From contig CAVPHD010000004.1 of assembly GCA_963704165.1 (NCBI GenBank), positions 288,001 through 352,000 of the forward strand: a stretch of DNA of 64,000 nucleotides, read 5' to 3'. Every line of letters starts with the position of its first letter. Positions within the stretch are counted from its first letter, which is position 1. Source of the DNA: an uncultured delta proteobacterium. GTDB lineage: Bacteria; Myxococcota_A; UBA9160; SZUA-336. The notes beneath the pieces are model-generated. The model had not been told where the DNA came from. It searched no databases and worked only from the letters and a program-made list of their open reading frames with translations. Below are positions 10,007 through 20,232 of the stretch, in pieces. A program made the position numbers and the translations under genes.

Positions 10007-11535
10007 GTGGGCACGTGCTGCTCGTCGGCGCAGGGCCGGGGGATCCCGATCTGCTCACCGTGCGCGCGCTTCGCGAGCTCGAGCGCGCCGAGGTCCTGCT
10101 CTACGACGCGCTGATCGATCCCGTCATTCTTTCGCTCGCGCCCGGGACCTGCGAGCGCATCGACGTGGGCAAGCGTGGCGACGGCTCCAAGGGCATCGAG
10201 CAGGACAAGATCGCGGATCTCATGATCGAGAAGGCGCGTGTCGGCCATCGCGTCGTTCGTCTGAAGGGTGGCGATCCGTTCGTCTTCGGGCGTGGCGGCG
10301 AAGAGGTGACACGATTGCGTGACGCCGGCATCTCCTTCGAGATCGTTCCCGGAGTCAGCTCGGCGATCGCGGTGCCCGCGTACGCGGGGATCCCCGTCAC
10401 GGATCGGCGGCTGTCGTCATCTCTCGCGATCGTCACCGGACACCGGGGCGCCGACGAACACGACCACCGGATCGATTGGGAGGGGCTCTCGCGCAGCGCC
10501 GAGACGCTCGTGATCCTGATGGGCACGGCCTGGGTCGAGGACATCGTCGCCCGCGTTATCGCGGGCGGCCGCGATCCCGCCACTCCGGCGGCTGCGATCG
10601 CCCGCGGAACGACTCCGCGACAGCGCGTCGTCGTCGCTTCGCTCGAGGACCTGCCTTCCCGAATGCGCGCGGCCGGACTCGAAGCGCCCGCCGTGATCGT
10701 GATCGGCCAGGTCGTCGAGTTCCGCGATCGCGCGGCCTGGTTCGAGCATCGGCCGCTGTTCGGCAAGCGCGTGCTGGTTGCGCGCGCCCGCGAGCAGAGC
10801 ACGGAGCTCGCTCTCGAACTGCGGCGTCGCGCGGCCGAACCGGTGATCGTGCCGCTGCTCGAGTTCGTGCCCACCGCCGACCCCGCTTCGCTCGCGGCGA
10901 CGTTGGCGCGCGCGTCGGCGTACGACTGGATCGTCTACACCTCGGCCAACGCCGTGCGGTTCGCGAGGCCTCGACAGGAGCTGCCAGCGAGCACGCGTAT
11001 CGCGTGCATCGGCGAGGCGACCGCGCGCGCGGCACGCGCTTCGGGCCTGCGCGTCGATCTCGTCCCCACGGGCGAGAGCACGCCCGAGCGCCTGGCGACG
11101 GCACTCGAAAGCGCGCAGCCGCTCTCGGGTCTGCGAGTCCTGCTGCCGCGCGCGGAACTCGCGCGCGACACGTTGCTTCGCGCGCTCGAAGCTCGAGGCG
11201 CGCGCGTCGATGCCGTCGAGGCGTATCGAACGCACGCACCCGAAGATGCGGGCGCGCGGCTCTCGGCGGAGCTCGCGTGCGGTCTCGATGCGGTGGTCCT
11301 GACGAGCCCGTCCAGCGTCACCCACCTCTTCGATCGGCTCACTCCTGCGCAGCAGGCTTCGCTCTGCGGCCGTGCGGCCTTCGCGTGCATCGGCCCGACC
11401 ACGGCCGCGGCGCTCGCGGCCACGCTCGCGGGCCGGCCGGCGCGAACATGGACGGCTTCACTCCAGACCACGACCGCCCTCGTCGATGCACTCGAACGCG
11501 GGTTTGCGGAGGAGGAATCGCATGGCCTTTCCTGA
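10003..11535 (+). CDS. cobA: Uroporphyrinogen-III C-methyltransferase / uroporphyrinogen-III synthase fusion (CobA-HemD)
   Basis: [35 protein letters not shown]; then [27 protein letters not shown] and CIGP.TA HemD motifs; TTG start overlaps hemC stop. Confidence 0.94.
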   Translation: MSGHVLLVGAGPGDPDLLTVRALRELERAEVLLYDALIDPVILSLAPGTCERIDVGKRGDGSKGIEQDKIADLMIEKARVGHRVVRLKGGDPFVFGRGGEEVTRLRDAGISFEIVPGVSSAIAVPAYAGIPVTDRRLSSSLAIVTGHRGADEHDHRIDWEGLSRSAETLVILMGTAWVEDIVARVIAGGRDPATPAAAIARGTTPRQRVVVASLEDLPSRMRAAGLEAPAVIVIGQVVEFRDRAAWFEHRPLFGKRVLVARAREQSTELALELRRRAAEPVIVPLLEFVPTADPASLAATLARASAYDWIVYTSANAVRFARPRQELPASTRIACIGEATARAARASGLRVDLVPTGESTPERLATALESAQPLSGLRVLLPRAELARDTLLRALEARGARVDAVEAYRTHAPEDAGARLSAELACGLDAVVLTSPSSVTHLFDRLTPAQQASLCGRAAFACIGPTTAAALAATLAGRPARTWTASLQTTTALVDALERGFAEEESHGLS

Positions 11536-12496
11536 GCAGCGGCAACGCCGCCTGCGCCGGACGCCGGCGCTTCGCGCGCTCGCGCGTGAAACTCGCCTGC
11601 ATCCCGGAGATCTGATCGACGCGCTCTTCGTCGTCGAAGGAAGCGCGGTCCGCGAGCCGATCTCGTCGATGCCGGGCGTGCTGCGGCTGTCGGTGGATCA
11701 GCTCTCCGAAGAGGCGAAGCGAATCCTCGACCTCGGCCTCGGCGGTGTGATCCTGTTCGGAATTCCGGCGCACAAGGATCCGCTCGGTACGAGCGGATAC
11801 GACCCCGAGGGGATCATCGCGCGTGCGATCCGGACGATGAAGCGATCCACTCCCGAACTCGCCGTCATCGCCGACGTCTGCCTGTGCGAGTACACGGATC
11901 ACGGACACTGCGGCGTGTACGAGAACGGCGCGGTGGTGAACGACGAGACGCTGCCATTGCTCGCGAGAACAGCGGTCGTCGCGGCCGAAGCCGGTGCGGA
12001 CGTGATCGCGCCGAGCGACATGATGGACGGGCGTGTCGCGGCGATCCGGAGCGCGCTCGACGCGTCGCACTTCACCGAGACGCCGATCCTTTCCTACGCG
12101 GCGAAGTACGCCTCCGCGTTCTACGGCCCCTTCCGCGAGGCTGCGGAATCGACCCCGAAGAGCGGCGACCGGCGCGGCTACCAGATGGACGCCGGGAACG
12201 CGCGCGAGGCGCTGCGCGAGATCGCGGCCGACATCGAGGAGGGCGCGGACATGGTGATGGTCAAGCCCGCGATGCCCTGCCTCGACGTCGTGCGGCAGGC
12301 TCGCGAACACTTCGACGTGCCGGTATTCGCGTATCAGGTGAGCGGCGAGTACAGCATGCTGCAAGCTGCGATCGAGCGAGGCTGGCTCGAGGCCCCGCGC
12401 GTCGTCGATGAAAGCCTGCTCGCGATCCGACGGGCGGGCGCGGATCGCGTCGTCACCTATTTCGCAAAGGACTTCGCGAGGCGATACCGTGGCTGA
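11522..12496 (+). CDS. hemB: Porphobilinogen synthase (Zn-type)
   Basis: [50 protein letters not shown]. Confidence 0.97.
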   Translation: MAFPEQRQRRLRRTPALRALARETRLHPGDLIDALFVVEGSAVREPISSMPGVLRLSVDQLSEEAKRILDLGLGGVILFGIPAHKDPLGTSGYDPEGIIARAIRTMKRSTPELAVIADVCLCEYTDHGHCGVYENGAVVNDETLPLLARTAVVAAEAGADVIAPSDMMDGRVAAIRSALDASHFTETPILSYAAKYASAFYGPFREAAESTPKSGDRRGYQMDAGNAREALREIAADIEEGADMVMVKPAMPCLDVVRQAREHFDVPVFAYQVSGEYSMLQAAIERGWLEAPRVVDESLLAIRRAGADRVVTYFAKDFARRYRG

Positions 12497-12677
12497 TCTC
12501 GTCTACAAGGTCGTGGAGTCGTCCTCGGTCACCGAGGAGGAGCTCGAGCGGATCATCAACACGTACGTCGCAGAGGGATGGGTCTTCGACGGCATGCAGT
12601 TCGCGATGCGCGACTCGTCGAAGCGTCCCTCGATGGCGTTTCTGCTCTTCACGCGTGCCCCCGACGCCTCGAGCTAG
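12489..12677 (+). CDS. Small DUF4177-like protein
   Basis: YKVVE...LE.IIN....EGW......  ..LLF.R pattern in 62 aa; overlaps hemB stop. Confidence 0.7.
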   Translation: MADLVYKVVESSSVTEEELERIINTYVAEGWVFDGMQFAMRDSSKRPSMAFLLFTRAPDASS

Positions 12678-12680
12678 CGC

Positions 12681-13974
12681 GTGCGTGCCGTGCTCGCGCT
12701 CTCGGCGGCCGTCGTCCTCGCCGCGTGCATCACCGGAGCGAACCGCGTTTCGATCGAGCCGCACCTCGACTGGTCGATCGCGAACGGCGAGGCTCGCGCG
12801 GGTGGGCCGAGACTCGGCCTCGGCGCGATCCGTCGACGTGCGCCCGGCGTCGACTCTCGAGAGCGAGCGCCCTGCGCTCGAGCTGACCTGGTGGGGGATC
12901 GCGCGCGAGGGTGTCGAGCGCAGCGGCGACGACACGTTCGAAGAGCCCGTGATCGATGCTTTGCGTGCGGATCTGCTCGCGACGCTCGAGCGTTCGGGGA
13001 CGTTCGCGGCCGTGGAGCCCGTGGCCTTCGATCCTCGCCGGGCCGGAGCGTGGCCCGACGGCGTGGACCCGGACTTCGTTCTCGTCGGCGAGCTCGAGGA
13101 GTTCCGGGGATCCCAGTGGCACAGCTTCGTCGTGACACCGTTTCGCGTCGGGTTCGTGCGCGATCGCTGGGGTGCGCCCCGGGGCCGCGTCGCGCTCCGT
13201 TTCGAGCTCTGGTCCCGAGACGGCCGGGTCGCCGACGGACGCGTTTCAACGCGAAGGGAGCGGACGCAAGGCGGTCTCGCGGATGCGGTGCTCGAGGCCC
13301 TCGCCGTGAACCACGAGGCGCTGGCTTCACGGCTCGATGCCCACCTTCGCCCTCGCGATCGGCCGCTGCGCGAGCTCGAGGTCCGCGTGCTCGACGCGTG
13401 CGCCGTCGGGACCGACGGCGTCCGGCGGCTCTTCGCCGAGATCAACGCCGTCTTCTCGCGCGAGGCCGAGATCCTATGGGTCGCGCGGCCGGAGACCTGG
13501 ACGCCGCGGCCGGCGGCACGCGACCTCGACGCGCTGCTCGAAGCGGTGAAGCGCGTCGATCCTCCACCCGGAGGCGTCGTGCTCGCGCTCGCGCCGGAGG
13601 AGCAGGTGCGCGACTTCTCGTTCGGTGCGCGGCGAACCGGTCTCGCGGTTCCGCTCGGTCGTCACGCCGTCGCGCTCTGCCCGGAGAAGGGCGAGGCGAG
13701 CGTGGGGACGGCGGCTCACGAGCTCGCGCACCTCTTCGGCGCGGTGCACGTTCGCGAGTCGTCGTCGATCATGAATGCCACTTCCGAGTTCGACGCCCGC
13801 TTCTTCGACCCGCTCAATCGCCGGATTCTGCGCGAACTTCGCGTGCGCGATTTCGATCGCCCTCTCGACGCCACCGTGAGCGCGCGGCTCTCCGCGATCT
13901 ACCGCGCGGCCGAGCGTCACCCCGACCGGGTCGATCGGGCCGCGATCGAGAGCGCGCTGCGCACGTTGCCATAG
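12681..13974 (+). CDS. Lipoprotein with C-terminal metzincin-type zinc metallopeptidase domain (apparent +1 frameshift near 12830)
   Basis: Lipobox VLAAC in frame 3; frame 1 continues VDVRP... to HELAHLFGAVH (HExxHxxGxxH) and a SIM Met-turn. Confidence 0.75.
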
Positions 13975-14006
13975 CGGGCGCCCCGCGCGACTCCGCCTGC
14001 GCGAAA

Positions 14007-14969
14007 TCAGAGCTGGGTGGAGAGCTCGGCGAGAAGTTCGAGCGCGGATTCGATCTCGGCGGCCTCGGCGCCCGGGACCTGCACGCGAGCGATCAGGTGG
14101 GTCATGCCGATCGCTTCACGGTAGCTCGCGATTCCGTCGGCGACCTCGGAGGCTCCGCCGACGAGCGCGAAACTCGAGACGTCGGATTCCGCGGCGCGGC
14201 GGATGCTCGCGGCCCTGGATCCGGCGAGCGCCGCGGTCTGGGCGGAGAGCGCGTCCCGGACGCGTGCGGCGAGCGCGTCGTCCTTGCAGATGAAGACCGT
14301 GCGCATGACCGGCACGGCCAGGGCTTCCGCGGGTGCTGCCGTGCTCGACACGCTCCGGTGTCGCTCGTGGTTCTCGACGAGCGTCTCGAGCGACTCGATC
14401 GGCGAGGCCAGATACGGCAGGCCCAGTCGCCCGGCCTGCTCGACGGCCTTCGGGCCGAACGCAGCGACCCAGAGCGGCGGGTGCGGCCGTTGGACCGGGA
14501 GCGGTGCGAGTCGAACGGCTTCGCCGCCGTCGCCGTCGGTCGTGATCGGCTCACCGCTCCAGGCGCGCACCATTTGTTCGAGGGCCGCTTGAAAACGATC
14601 TCGCTTCTCGCTCGGGGGCACGGCGAACGCCGCGAACAGGTCGGAGCGAAAGCCGCGTCCGATGCCCAGGATCACGCGTCCCTCCGAGAGTCGATCGAGC
14701 ACGGCGACGTCTTCCGCGACCTGGAGCGGGTGACGTACCGGCAGCAAGTACGACGTCGTCCCGAGCTTCAGGGTGCGGGTGTGTGCTGCCACCGCGGCGA
14801 GCAGGAGGAGTGGCTGAGGCAGGGCTCCCCGGGCGCTGAAATGGCTTTCGGGAAGCCAGAACGACGCGAACCCGAGTGACTCGGCGCGCTCGCCCTGCGC
14901 GACGAGCGGACCGGCGGCTCCGTGGATGTCGGGCCGCCAGGGCGTGAGACCGACGTGGAGCCGACTCAT
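14007..14969 (-). CDS. LLM class flavin-dependent oxidoreductase
   Basis: AE.LGF.S.W.PESHF, HPLQVAEDVAVLDRLSEGRV.LGIGRG, P.PVQRPHPP.W. Confidence 0.92.
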   Translation of the reverse strand: MSRLHVGLTPWRPDIHGAAGPLVAQGERAESLGFASFWLPESHFSARGALPQPLLLLAAVAAHTRTLKLGTTSYLLPVRHPLQVAEDVAVLDRLSEGRVILGIGRGFRSDLFAAFAVPPSEKRDRFQAALEQMVRAWSGEPITTDGDGGEAVRLAPLPVQRPHPPLWVAAFGPKAVEQAGRLGLPYLASPIESLETLVENHERHRSVSSTAAPAEALAVPVMRTVFICKDDALAARVRDALSAQTAALAGSRAASIRRAAESDVSSFALVGGASEVADGIASYREAIGMTHLIARVQVPGAEAAEIESALELLAELSTQL

Positions 14970-16304
14970 CGGCCCTCGAAGAGCCGCGGCAGCAGCGCTC
15001 GCACCGGATTGACCCGCACGCCGAGTTGCTGCGAGACGCCGGAGAGCAGACCGAGCACGCGTCCGAGCAGGAAGACGTGAGGCGGGACGCTCGCGAGCGG
15101 GTCCTCACGAAGAAGTCCGCCGATCTCGGAGCCGAGCACCGGAACGACCGAAGCGAAGCCGTCCGAGTCCGCGCGTCGCAGCGCCGAGGTGATCCGCTCC
15201 GCGATCTCCTCGATGGTGCGTGCGGCGGGATCTCGGGTTTCGAGCCCGAGTGCGATCAGTGCCGCGGCGGTGCCCGTCGGATCGCGCGCGAGCAGGCTCT
15301 GGATCAGCGCGACCGCACCCGAATGAAAGCTCGCCGGCACTTCCTGCACGATTCCGAAGTCGACGAAGCAGAGCTCGAACTCGCCGTTTCGGCCGGGCAG
15401 AACCAGCAGGTTGCCGGGGTGCGGGTCGCCGTGGAAGAAGCCGTGCTCGAAAACCTGTGCGGCGTAGGCGTCGAGAAGTGTGTCGAGCACTCGCGAGCCA
15501 TCGACCCCTGCACGCTCGAGTCTCGCGCGGTCGGTCACCCGAATGCCGGGAAGATACTCGCTCACCAGCACTCGCTCGCGCGTGAATTCCGGAACGCACC
15601 AGGGAATTCGCACGCGGTGATCGCCGGCGAAGTTGCTGCGCCATTCGCGAAGCGCTCTCTTCTTCGAGCCGGAAGTCGAGTTCGCGGTCGAGGCTCTGTT
15701 CGAGCTGGTCGAGCAGGATCGAGAAGCCGAGCGCCCCCTCGATGCTCTGGATCGCGCGGGCCGCGAGACGAAGCGTACCGAGGTCGGCCTGGAGCACGCC
15801 GCGCACGTCGGGTCGCTGGATCTTGATGGCCACCTCGCGTCCATCGAGGAGCGTCGCGCGGTGCACCTGCGCGAGCGACGCCGATGCGATCGGTCGGCGC
15901 CAGATGCGCGCGAAGAGGGCTTCGGGCTCGGCGCCGAGTTCCTCGCAGAGAACGCGGCGAACGTCCGCGTACGGCAGCGGGTGCGCTCGGTCCTGAAGCC
16001 GGGCCAGCCGCTCGATGTAGACGGGCGGGAGCACGTCGGCGCGCGTCGCCAGGAACTGCCCGGCCTTGAGCAGCACGCCGCCGAGATCACTCGCGGCGTC
16101 GTTCAGCGTAGATGCGGAGATCCGGTCCCAGCGGCGGCGCGCGATACCGACGACGCCGCGCAGAACGCCACGATCGAGCCAGTGCAGGCCCTTGTAGCCG
16201 ATGTAGATGCCCGCGATCGTGCTGCCCGTGCGCGCGGCGCGGCGCAATCGTTCGCGCCGACCGAGCTCGACGCTCGACGCCGCGGGGGCCGCGGGCTGCG
16301 TCAC
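14966..16304 (-). CDS. ABC1/UbiB/AarF family atypical kinase (apparent +1 frameshift near 15641)
   Basis: LKAGQFLATRAD.LP, PIASASLAQVHRA, VAIKIQRP, ELDF; then GFFHGDPHPGN and VDFG in the next frame; GTG 16304 with GAGGA. Confidence 0.88.
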
Positions 16305-16323
16305 GACGAATCCTCGGAGTTCT

Positions 16324-17688
16324 TCACCAAAGCTTCGGGGGCTCCTCCGGGCAACTCCACGATCCCTCGAGACCCCGTTCCGCGAGTTTGGCTGCGAGCG
16401 CCCGATCTTCGGCCGTGGGCTCCGTGCGAGCCGCGACGTCGGGCGAGTCCCAGGACTCCATGGCCTCGCCAGCCTCGACGTCGACCATGTCTTCGTCGGC
16501 GAACTCGTCGGGATCGGCGGCCGCGAACTCGTACGGCGGGCTGTACTGACACTGGACCCAGAGCACGCTCGCGAACTCGAGGGCATAGGAGTCCCCGTAG
16601 TTCGAGTACGCGAAGCGGTCGTCATCGTCGCGGATCAGGCCGATCGCCGGGCGTGGAACCGCTTCGAGGTACTTGGGGACGAGATCCTCGAGCGTCTCGG
16701 GATAGGTGCTGAGATCCTTCTTGTACGTCTCGAGCGCGACCAGGAGATCGAGTGCGGTCTCGTCACGCGCCGCGCGCTGGAGCGCTGAAGCGATTTGCGC
16801 GGAGCCGAAGATCGCCGCGAGCAGGAGCGCTCCAGCCGTGAGTCGGAACAGGCCGGAACGTCGGCCTTCTTCCGCGTCGCGTGGCGCGAACACCAGGCAC
16901 ACGAGCGAATGGAGTGCGGCGATGAAGGCGACCGCCGTCCAGCCGCTCGGTGCGGTGAAGATGAGCCAGCCCGAAGCGAGACCGACGACGACCGCGACAA
17001 GCTCGCCGAGCGCGAACCCGGGCGCGCCTCCGACGCGATTGCGAATCCAGACCGCCGCGCCGCCGGCCGCGTGCGCCGCAGCGATCGTCGCGCCGACGAG
17101 CAGGAAGCCCACGAGCGTCACGATCGGCCACGGACTGATGTTGAACGGCATGTCGCCGTTGGTGCCCGTGACCTCGGTGGAGAGCACGAAGATCGAAGCG
17201 GCCGCGGCCCCGACCGCGAGCGCGGTCAGCGCGACCGATCTCCGCACCAGTCCCCGCAGCAGCGAGGGCGAGAAGACGATCAGACTCGTGATCGCGGTGA
17301 ACGAGATCACCACCGCGCCAAATCGCCACTCGAAGAACCGCCAGACCTGCTCCGCTCGATAGCCGTACCAGACGAAGATGCACATCGTGAGCGCCAGGAA
17401 GAACACGTAGGCACGAGCGACCGCGCTTCCCCGGAAGAGCGTGAACGACGCGGCGAAGAGCGCGAGCGGCGGCCCGCAGAACAAGGCAAAGGGTACGAGC
17501 GCATCGGGAAGGCTCGAGCGCGCCATCGCGGTGAGACCGGTGAACGGCAACCAGCGCACGAAGCTTCCCCAGGGATGCCACCACTCGAGATCGTCGAGGT
17601 ACTCGGACGCGGACGGTCCGGCACCGAAGCCGAAGTAGTACACGCAGGCGAGCGCCGTCACGCCCGCGAGGAAGACGAGCCGAACCAC
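16324..17688 (-). CDS. Polytopic membrane protein with C-terminal pseudopilin-like soluble segment
   Basis: About 10 hydrophobic segments, then ALETYKKDLSTYPETLEDLVPKYL..VP.P and an acidic tail; GGAGG before GTG. Confidence 0.7.
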   Translation of the reverse strand: MVRLVFLAGVTALACVYYFGFGAGPSASEYLDDLEWWHPWGSFVRWLPFTGLTAMARSSLPDALVPFALFCGPPLALFAASFTLFRGSAVARAYVFFLALTMCIFVWYGYRAEQVWRFFEWRFGAVVISFTAITSLIVFSPSLLRGLVRRSVALTALAVGAAAASIFVLSTEVTGTNGDMPFNISPWPIVTLVGFLLVGATIAAAHAAGGAAVWIRNRVGGAPGFALGELVAVVVGLASGWLIFTAPSGWTAVAFIAALHSLVCLVFAPRDAEEGRRSGLFRLTAGALLLAAIFGSAQIASALQRAARDETALDLLVALETYKKDLSTYPETLEDLVPKYLEAVPRPAIGLIRDDDDRFAYSNYGDSYALEFASVLWVQCQYSPPYEFAAADPDEFADEDMVDVEAGEAMESWDSPDVAARTEPTAEDRALAAKLAERGLEGSWSCPEEPPKLW

Positions 17689-17814
17689 CGGAACCCTCCG
17701 TCAGAGACGCGCACACGCGCGTGAGCTGATCCCGCGGGCACGAGCGCCCGCGAAGCTCCAGCCATCCGCCGCGATTCTACCGCGAAGCCGGGCGAAGCTC
17801 TTGCGGAATCGGCC

Positions 17815-18204
17815 CTACTTCCGTCGGGTGACGAGCGAGAGCTCCGGAGAACGCTCGGTGCCCTTGCGCTCACCCGAGATCGAGATCCGGAGCTCGAGAT
17901 CGTTGTCTGCGAGCAGCTTGCTCACGACCTGCGTCAGGTCGATCGTGCGCAGCCAGGCGCCGAACTCGGCCGACATCCGCTCGATCATCTCGGACCGGAG
18001 CTCCGTGCTCTGACGGTTCGCGTAGTCGACCCAGTCTCGCGGCACGGAATCGGAGAAGGCCCTTCGGACGGCGTCCTCGGTCGCGAAGAAGCTCGAGAAG
18101 CCCATCTGGGCGGTGCGCCGGATGGCCTCGTGGAGCAGGGCCTCGAAAAGGCCCGCCCGACCCTGCGCGTCCCGCTCGAAGTCGTCGTCCCGGTCTCGAC
18201 CCAT
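17815..18204 (-). CDS. Hypothetical alpha-helical protein (phasin-like pattern)
   Basis: Open frame with G..FF.TEDAVRR pattern; extended -10 TGcTATCAT 6 nt upstream of ATG. Confidence 0.7.
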   Translation of the reverse strand: MGRDRDDDFERDAQGRAGLFEALLHEAIRRTAQMGFSSFFATEDAVRRAFSDSVPRDWVDYANRQSTELRSEMIERMSAEFGAWLRTIDLTQVVSKLLADNDLELRISISGERKGTERSPELSLVTRRK

Positions 18205-18269
18205 CTGCGCATGATAGCAGGGGGGAGTTGGAGCGGCCGCGATTGTAACGCGACGGCCCCCCGTGATAG

Positions 18270-18695
18270 ATGGGGCGTGTGGTCCCAGTTTGCGACGTCA
18301 TGAAGAAGAACGTGGTGCGGATCTCCGCGGACGACACGCTTTGGATCGTCAAGGAGATCATGGATCTCGGCAGCGTCCGACACATCCCGGTGGTGGACCG
18401 TGGGACGCTGGTCGGTGTGGTCTCGCAGCGGGACCTGCTGCGCGCCTCGCTCTCGAACATCATCGGGATCTCCGCCGAAGAGCAGAAGATCTTCCTCGAA
18501 GGCGTGCAGATCTCGGAGGTGATGTCGGTTCCGCCGCGCACCATCGCACCGGACGAGGGCATCCAGACCGCGGCGCGAATGATGGCCGAGAACAAGATCG
18601 GTTGCCTGCCCGTGGTCGACGGTCGCGAGATCGTCGGCATCCTGACCGAGACCGACGTCCTGCGATACTTCGCGATGCTTCCGGCGCAGGGCTAG
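18270..18695 (+). CDS. CBS domain pair protein (AcuB-like)
   Basis: RHIPVVD..LVGVVSQRDL and IGCLPVVD...VGILTETDV. Confidence 0.92.
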   Translation: MGRVVPVCDVMKKNVVRISADDTLWIVKEIMDLGSVRHIPVVDRGTLVGVVSQRDLLRASLSNIIGISAEEQKIFLEGVQISEVMSVPPRTIAPDEGIQTAARMMAENKIGCLPVVDGREIVGILTETDVLRYFAMLPAQG

Positions 18696-20116
18696 ACCTC
18701 GAGCGTCGCCCAGCGTCCCTTTCTGAAGCGCCAGAGCAGCAGCGTCGCCTTCATCGCGTAGTCGAGCACGAGCATGCTCCAGACCACCTGCACCCGCGCT
18801 TCGAAGACGTACGCGGCGAGCGCCGCCGGGAGCAGTCTGCACAGGAACAGGCCCGCAAAGATCGCGAAGAGCGGGAAGCGCGTGTCGCCCGCGCCGCGCA
18901 GCGCGCCGCCGATCGTGAACTCGATCGCCATCAGAGGCTGCACCAATCCGAGCGTCCAGATGAAGTCGACCGTGAGCTCGATCACCCGCGGGTCGGTGCT
19001 GAAGACGCCCGCGAGCGCGGGTGCAGCGGCGATCGTCGCGGCGCCGAGCACGCTCATCGAGAGGATCGCGCCCCACATCGACCGCCAGGTCGAGCGCTCG
19101 GCGAGCTTCGGCTCACCCTCGCCGAGGTGCTGTCCGACGAGCGTCGCGGCCGCGGTCGCGAAGCCGATCCCGGGAAGAAACGAGAACGACAGGATCTGGG
19201 CGCCGACGTTGTACGCGGCGATCGCGGCCGTCTCGTAGCCGCCGAGCACGCGCATGAACGTGAGCAGACCGGTCTGGAAGATCACGCCCTCGAAGGCGGC
19301 CGGATAGCCGATGCGGAGGATGCGCCCGAGAACCGCTCGGTCGGGCCACGGACTCGCTCCCGATGGCTTGACCGCGAGTCGGCCACTCTGCCAGAGCCAC
19401 CAGAACACGGGCAGCTGCAGCGAGACCGCGATCGTCGAGGCGATTCCCGCCCCCGCGACTCCGAGCGCCGGAAAGCCGAGTCGTCCGTAGATCAACGCCC
19501 AGCAGAGCCCGACGTTGAGCAGGTTCGCGAACGCTCCGATCCAGAGCGGTGTCCGCGTGTCGCCGGCCGACCGCAGCGCGGCGCCGAAGACGATCGCGAG
19601 CGTCATCGGCACGTTCCCGACGATCGTCCAGTACAGATACACACCGCCGAGCGCGACGACGTTCTCGTTCACGCCGTAGAGCGAGACCGCGAAGTCGGAG
19701 AGCGGCAGCAGGACGACGGTCGAGATCGCGCCGATCGCGGAGCCCAGCCACAGACCCTGACGCAAGCTCGCATCGACGAGCTTCGAGTTCCCGGCGCCGA
19801 CCGCGCGCGAGAGCAGCGCGACCAGCCCCGTCGGTGCCAGCGTCGCGAGCGACTGCACCAGCCAGAAGAATTGGTTTCCGATGCCAACCGCCGCGAGCGC
19901 GTCGGCGCCGAGGTTTCCGACCATCGCGAAGCTCACCCAGCGCACGAGCGACTGGGTCAGGAACGACAGAATCGTCGGCCACGCGAGCTCCCAGACGCCG
20001 AGCGACGCGGGCGAGGCCGACGGGGGAGAGGATCCTTCCTCGTAGAGGTCGACGAGATCGGATGCGAGCTCGGGAGCGATCTCCGGCTCGCCGGAGGTGT
20101 GGCGCGTCCCGCTCAC
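18692..20116 (-). CDS. MATE family efflux transporter
   Basis: LAWP, LG.DALAAVG, LRSAGDTRTPL, LGVAGAGIAS, LVGQHLG, LRGAGDT. Confidence 0.93.
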   Translation of the reverse strand: MSGTRHTSGEPEIAPELASDLVDLYEEGSSPPSASPASLGVWELAWPTILSFLTQSLVRWVSFAMVGNLGADALAAVGIGNQFFWLVQSLATLAPTGLVALLSRAVGAGNSKLVDASLRQGLWLGSAIGAISTVVLLPLSDFAVSLYGVNENVVALGGVYLYWTIVGNVPMTLAIVFGAALRSAGDTRTPLWIGAFANLLNVGLCWALIYGRLGFPALGVAGAGIASTIAVSLQLPVFWWLWQSGRLAVKPSGASPWPDRAVLGRILRIGYPAAFEGVIFQTGLLTFMRVLGGYETAAIAAYNVGAQILSFSFLPGIGFATAAATLVGQHLGEGEPKLAERSTWRSMWGAILSMSVLGAATIAAAPALAGVFSTDPRVIELTVDFIWTLGLVQPLMAIEFTIGGALRGAGDTRFPLFAIFAGLFLCRLLPAALAAYVFEARVQVVWSMLVLDYAMKATLLLWRFRKGRWATLEV

Positions 20117-20125
20117 GGCGCGCGG

Positions 20126-20154
20126 GTTATCTCACAGGCGTGTGCGCGCGTCAA
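20126..20154 (-). promoter_or_regulatory. Putative sigma70 promoter of the MATE gene (TTGACG-N17-GATAAC)
   Basis: Read on the minus strand; -10 ends 9 nt before GTG 20116. Confidence 0.5.
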
Positions 20155-20164
20155 AATCCTCTGA

Positions 20165-20194
20165 TTGACACGGGTTTCGCGATCTTCTAGGAAT
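20165..20194 (+). promoter_or_regulatory. Putative sigma70 promoter of the aldehyde dehydrogenase operon (TTGACA-N17-TAGGAA)
   Basis: Perfect -35 hexamer, imperfect -10, in divergent intergenic DNA. Confidence 0.5.
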
Positions 20195-20232
20195 CGGTCG
20201 TCGGCGACTCGCCGGCGGGGGGAGGCGAAGAA

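Noticed and set aside
17658..17779. TAGAAT followed 8 nt later by ATG of a 35-aa ORF overlapping the 17688 start (possible leader peptide or frameshifted N-terminus)
   Set aside because: The downstream GTG has its own GGAGG SD and the peptide has no recognisable features; insufficient support
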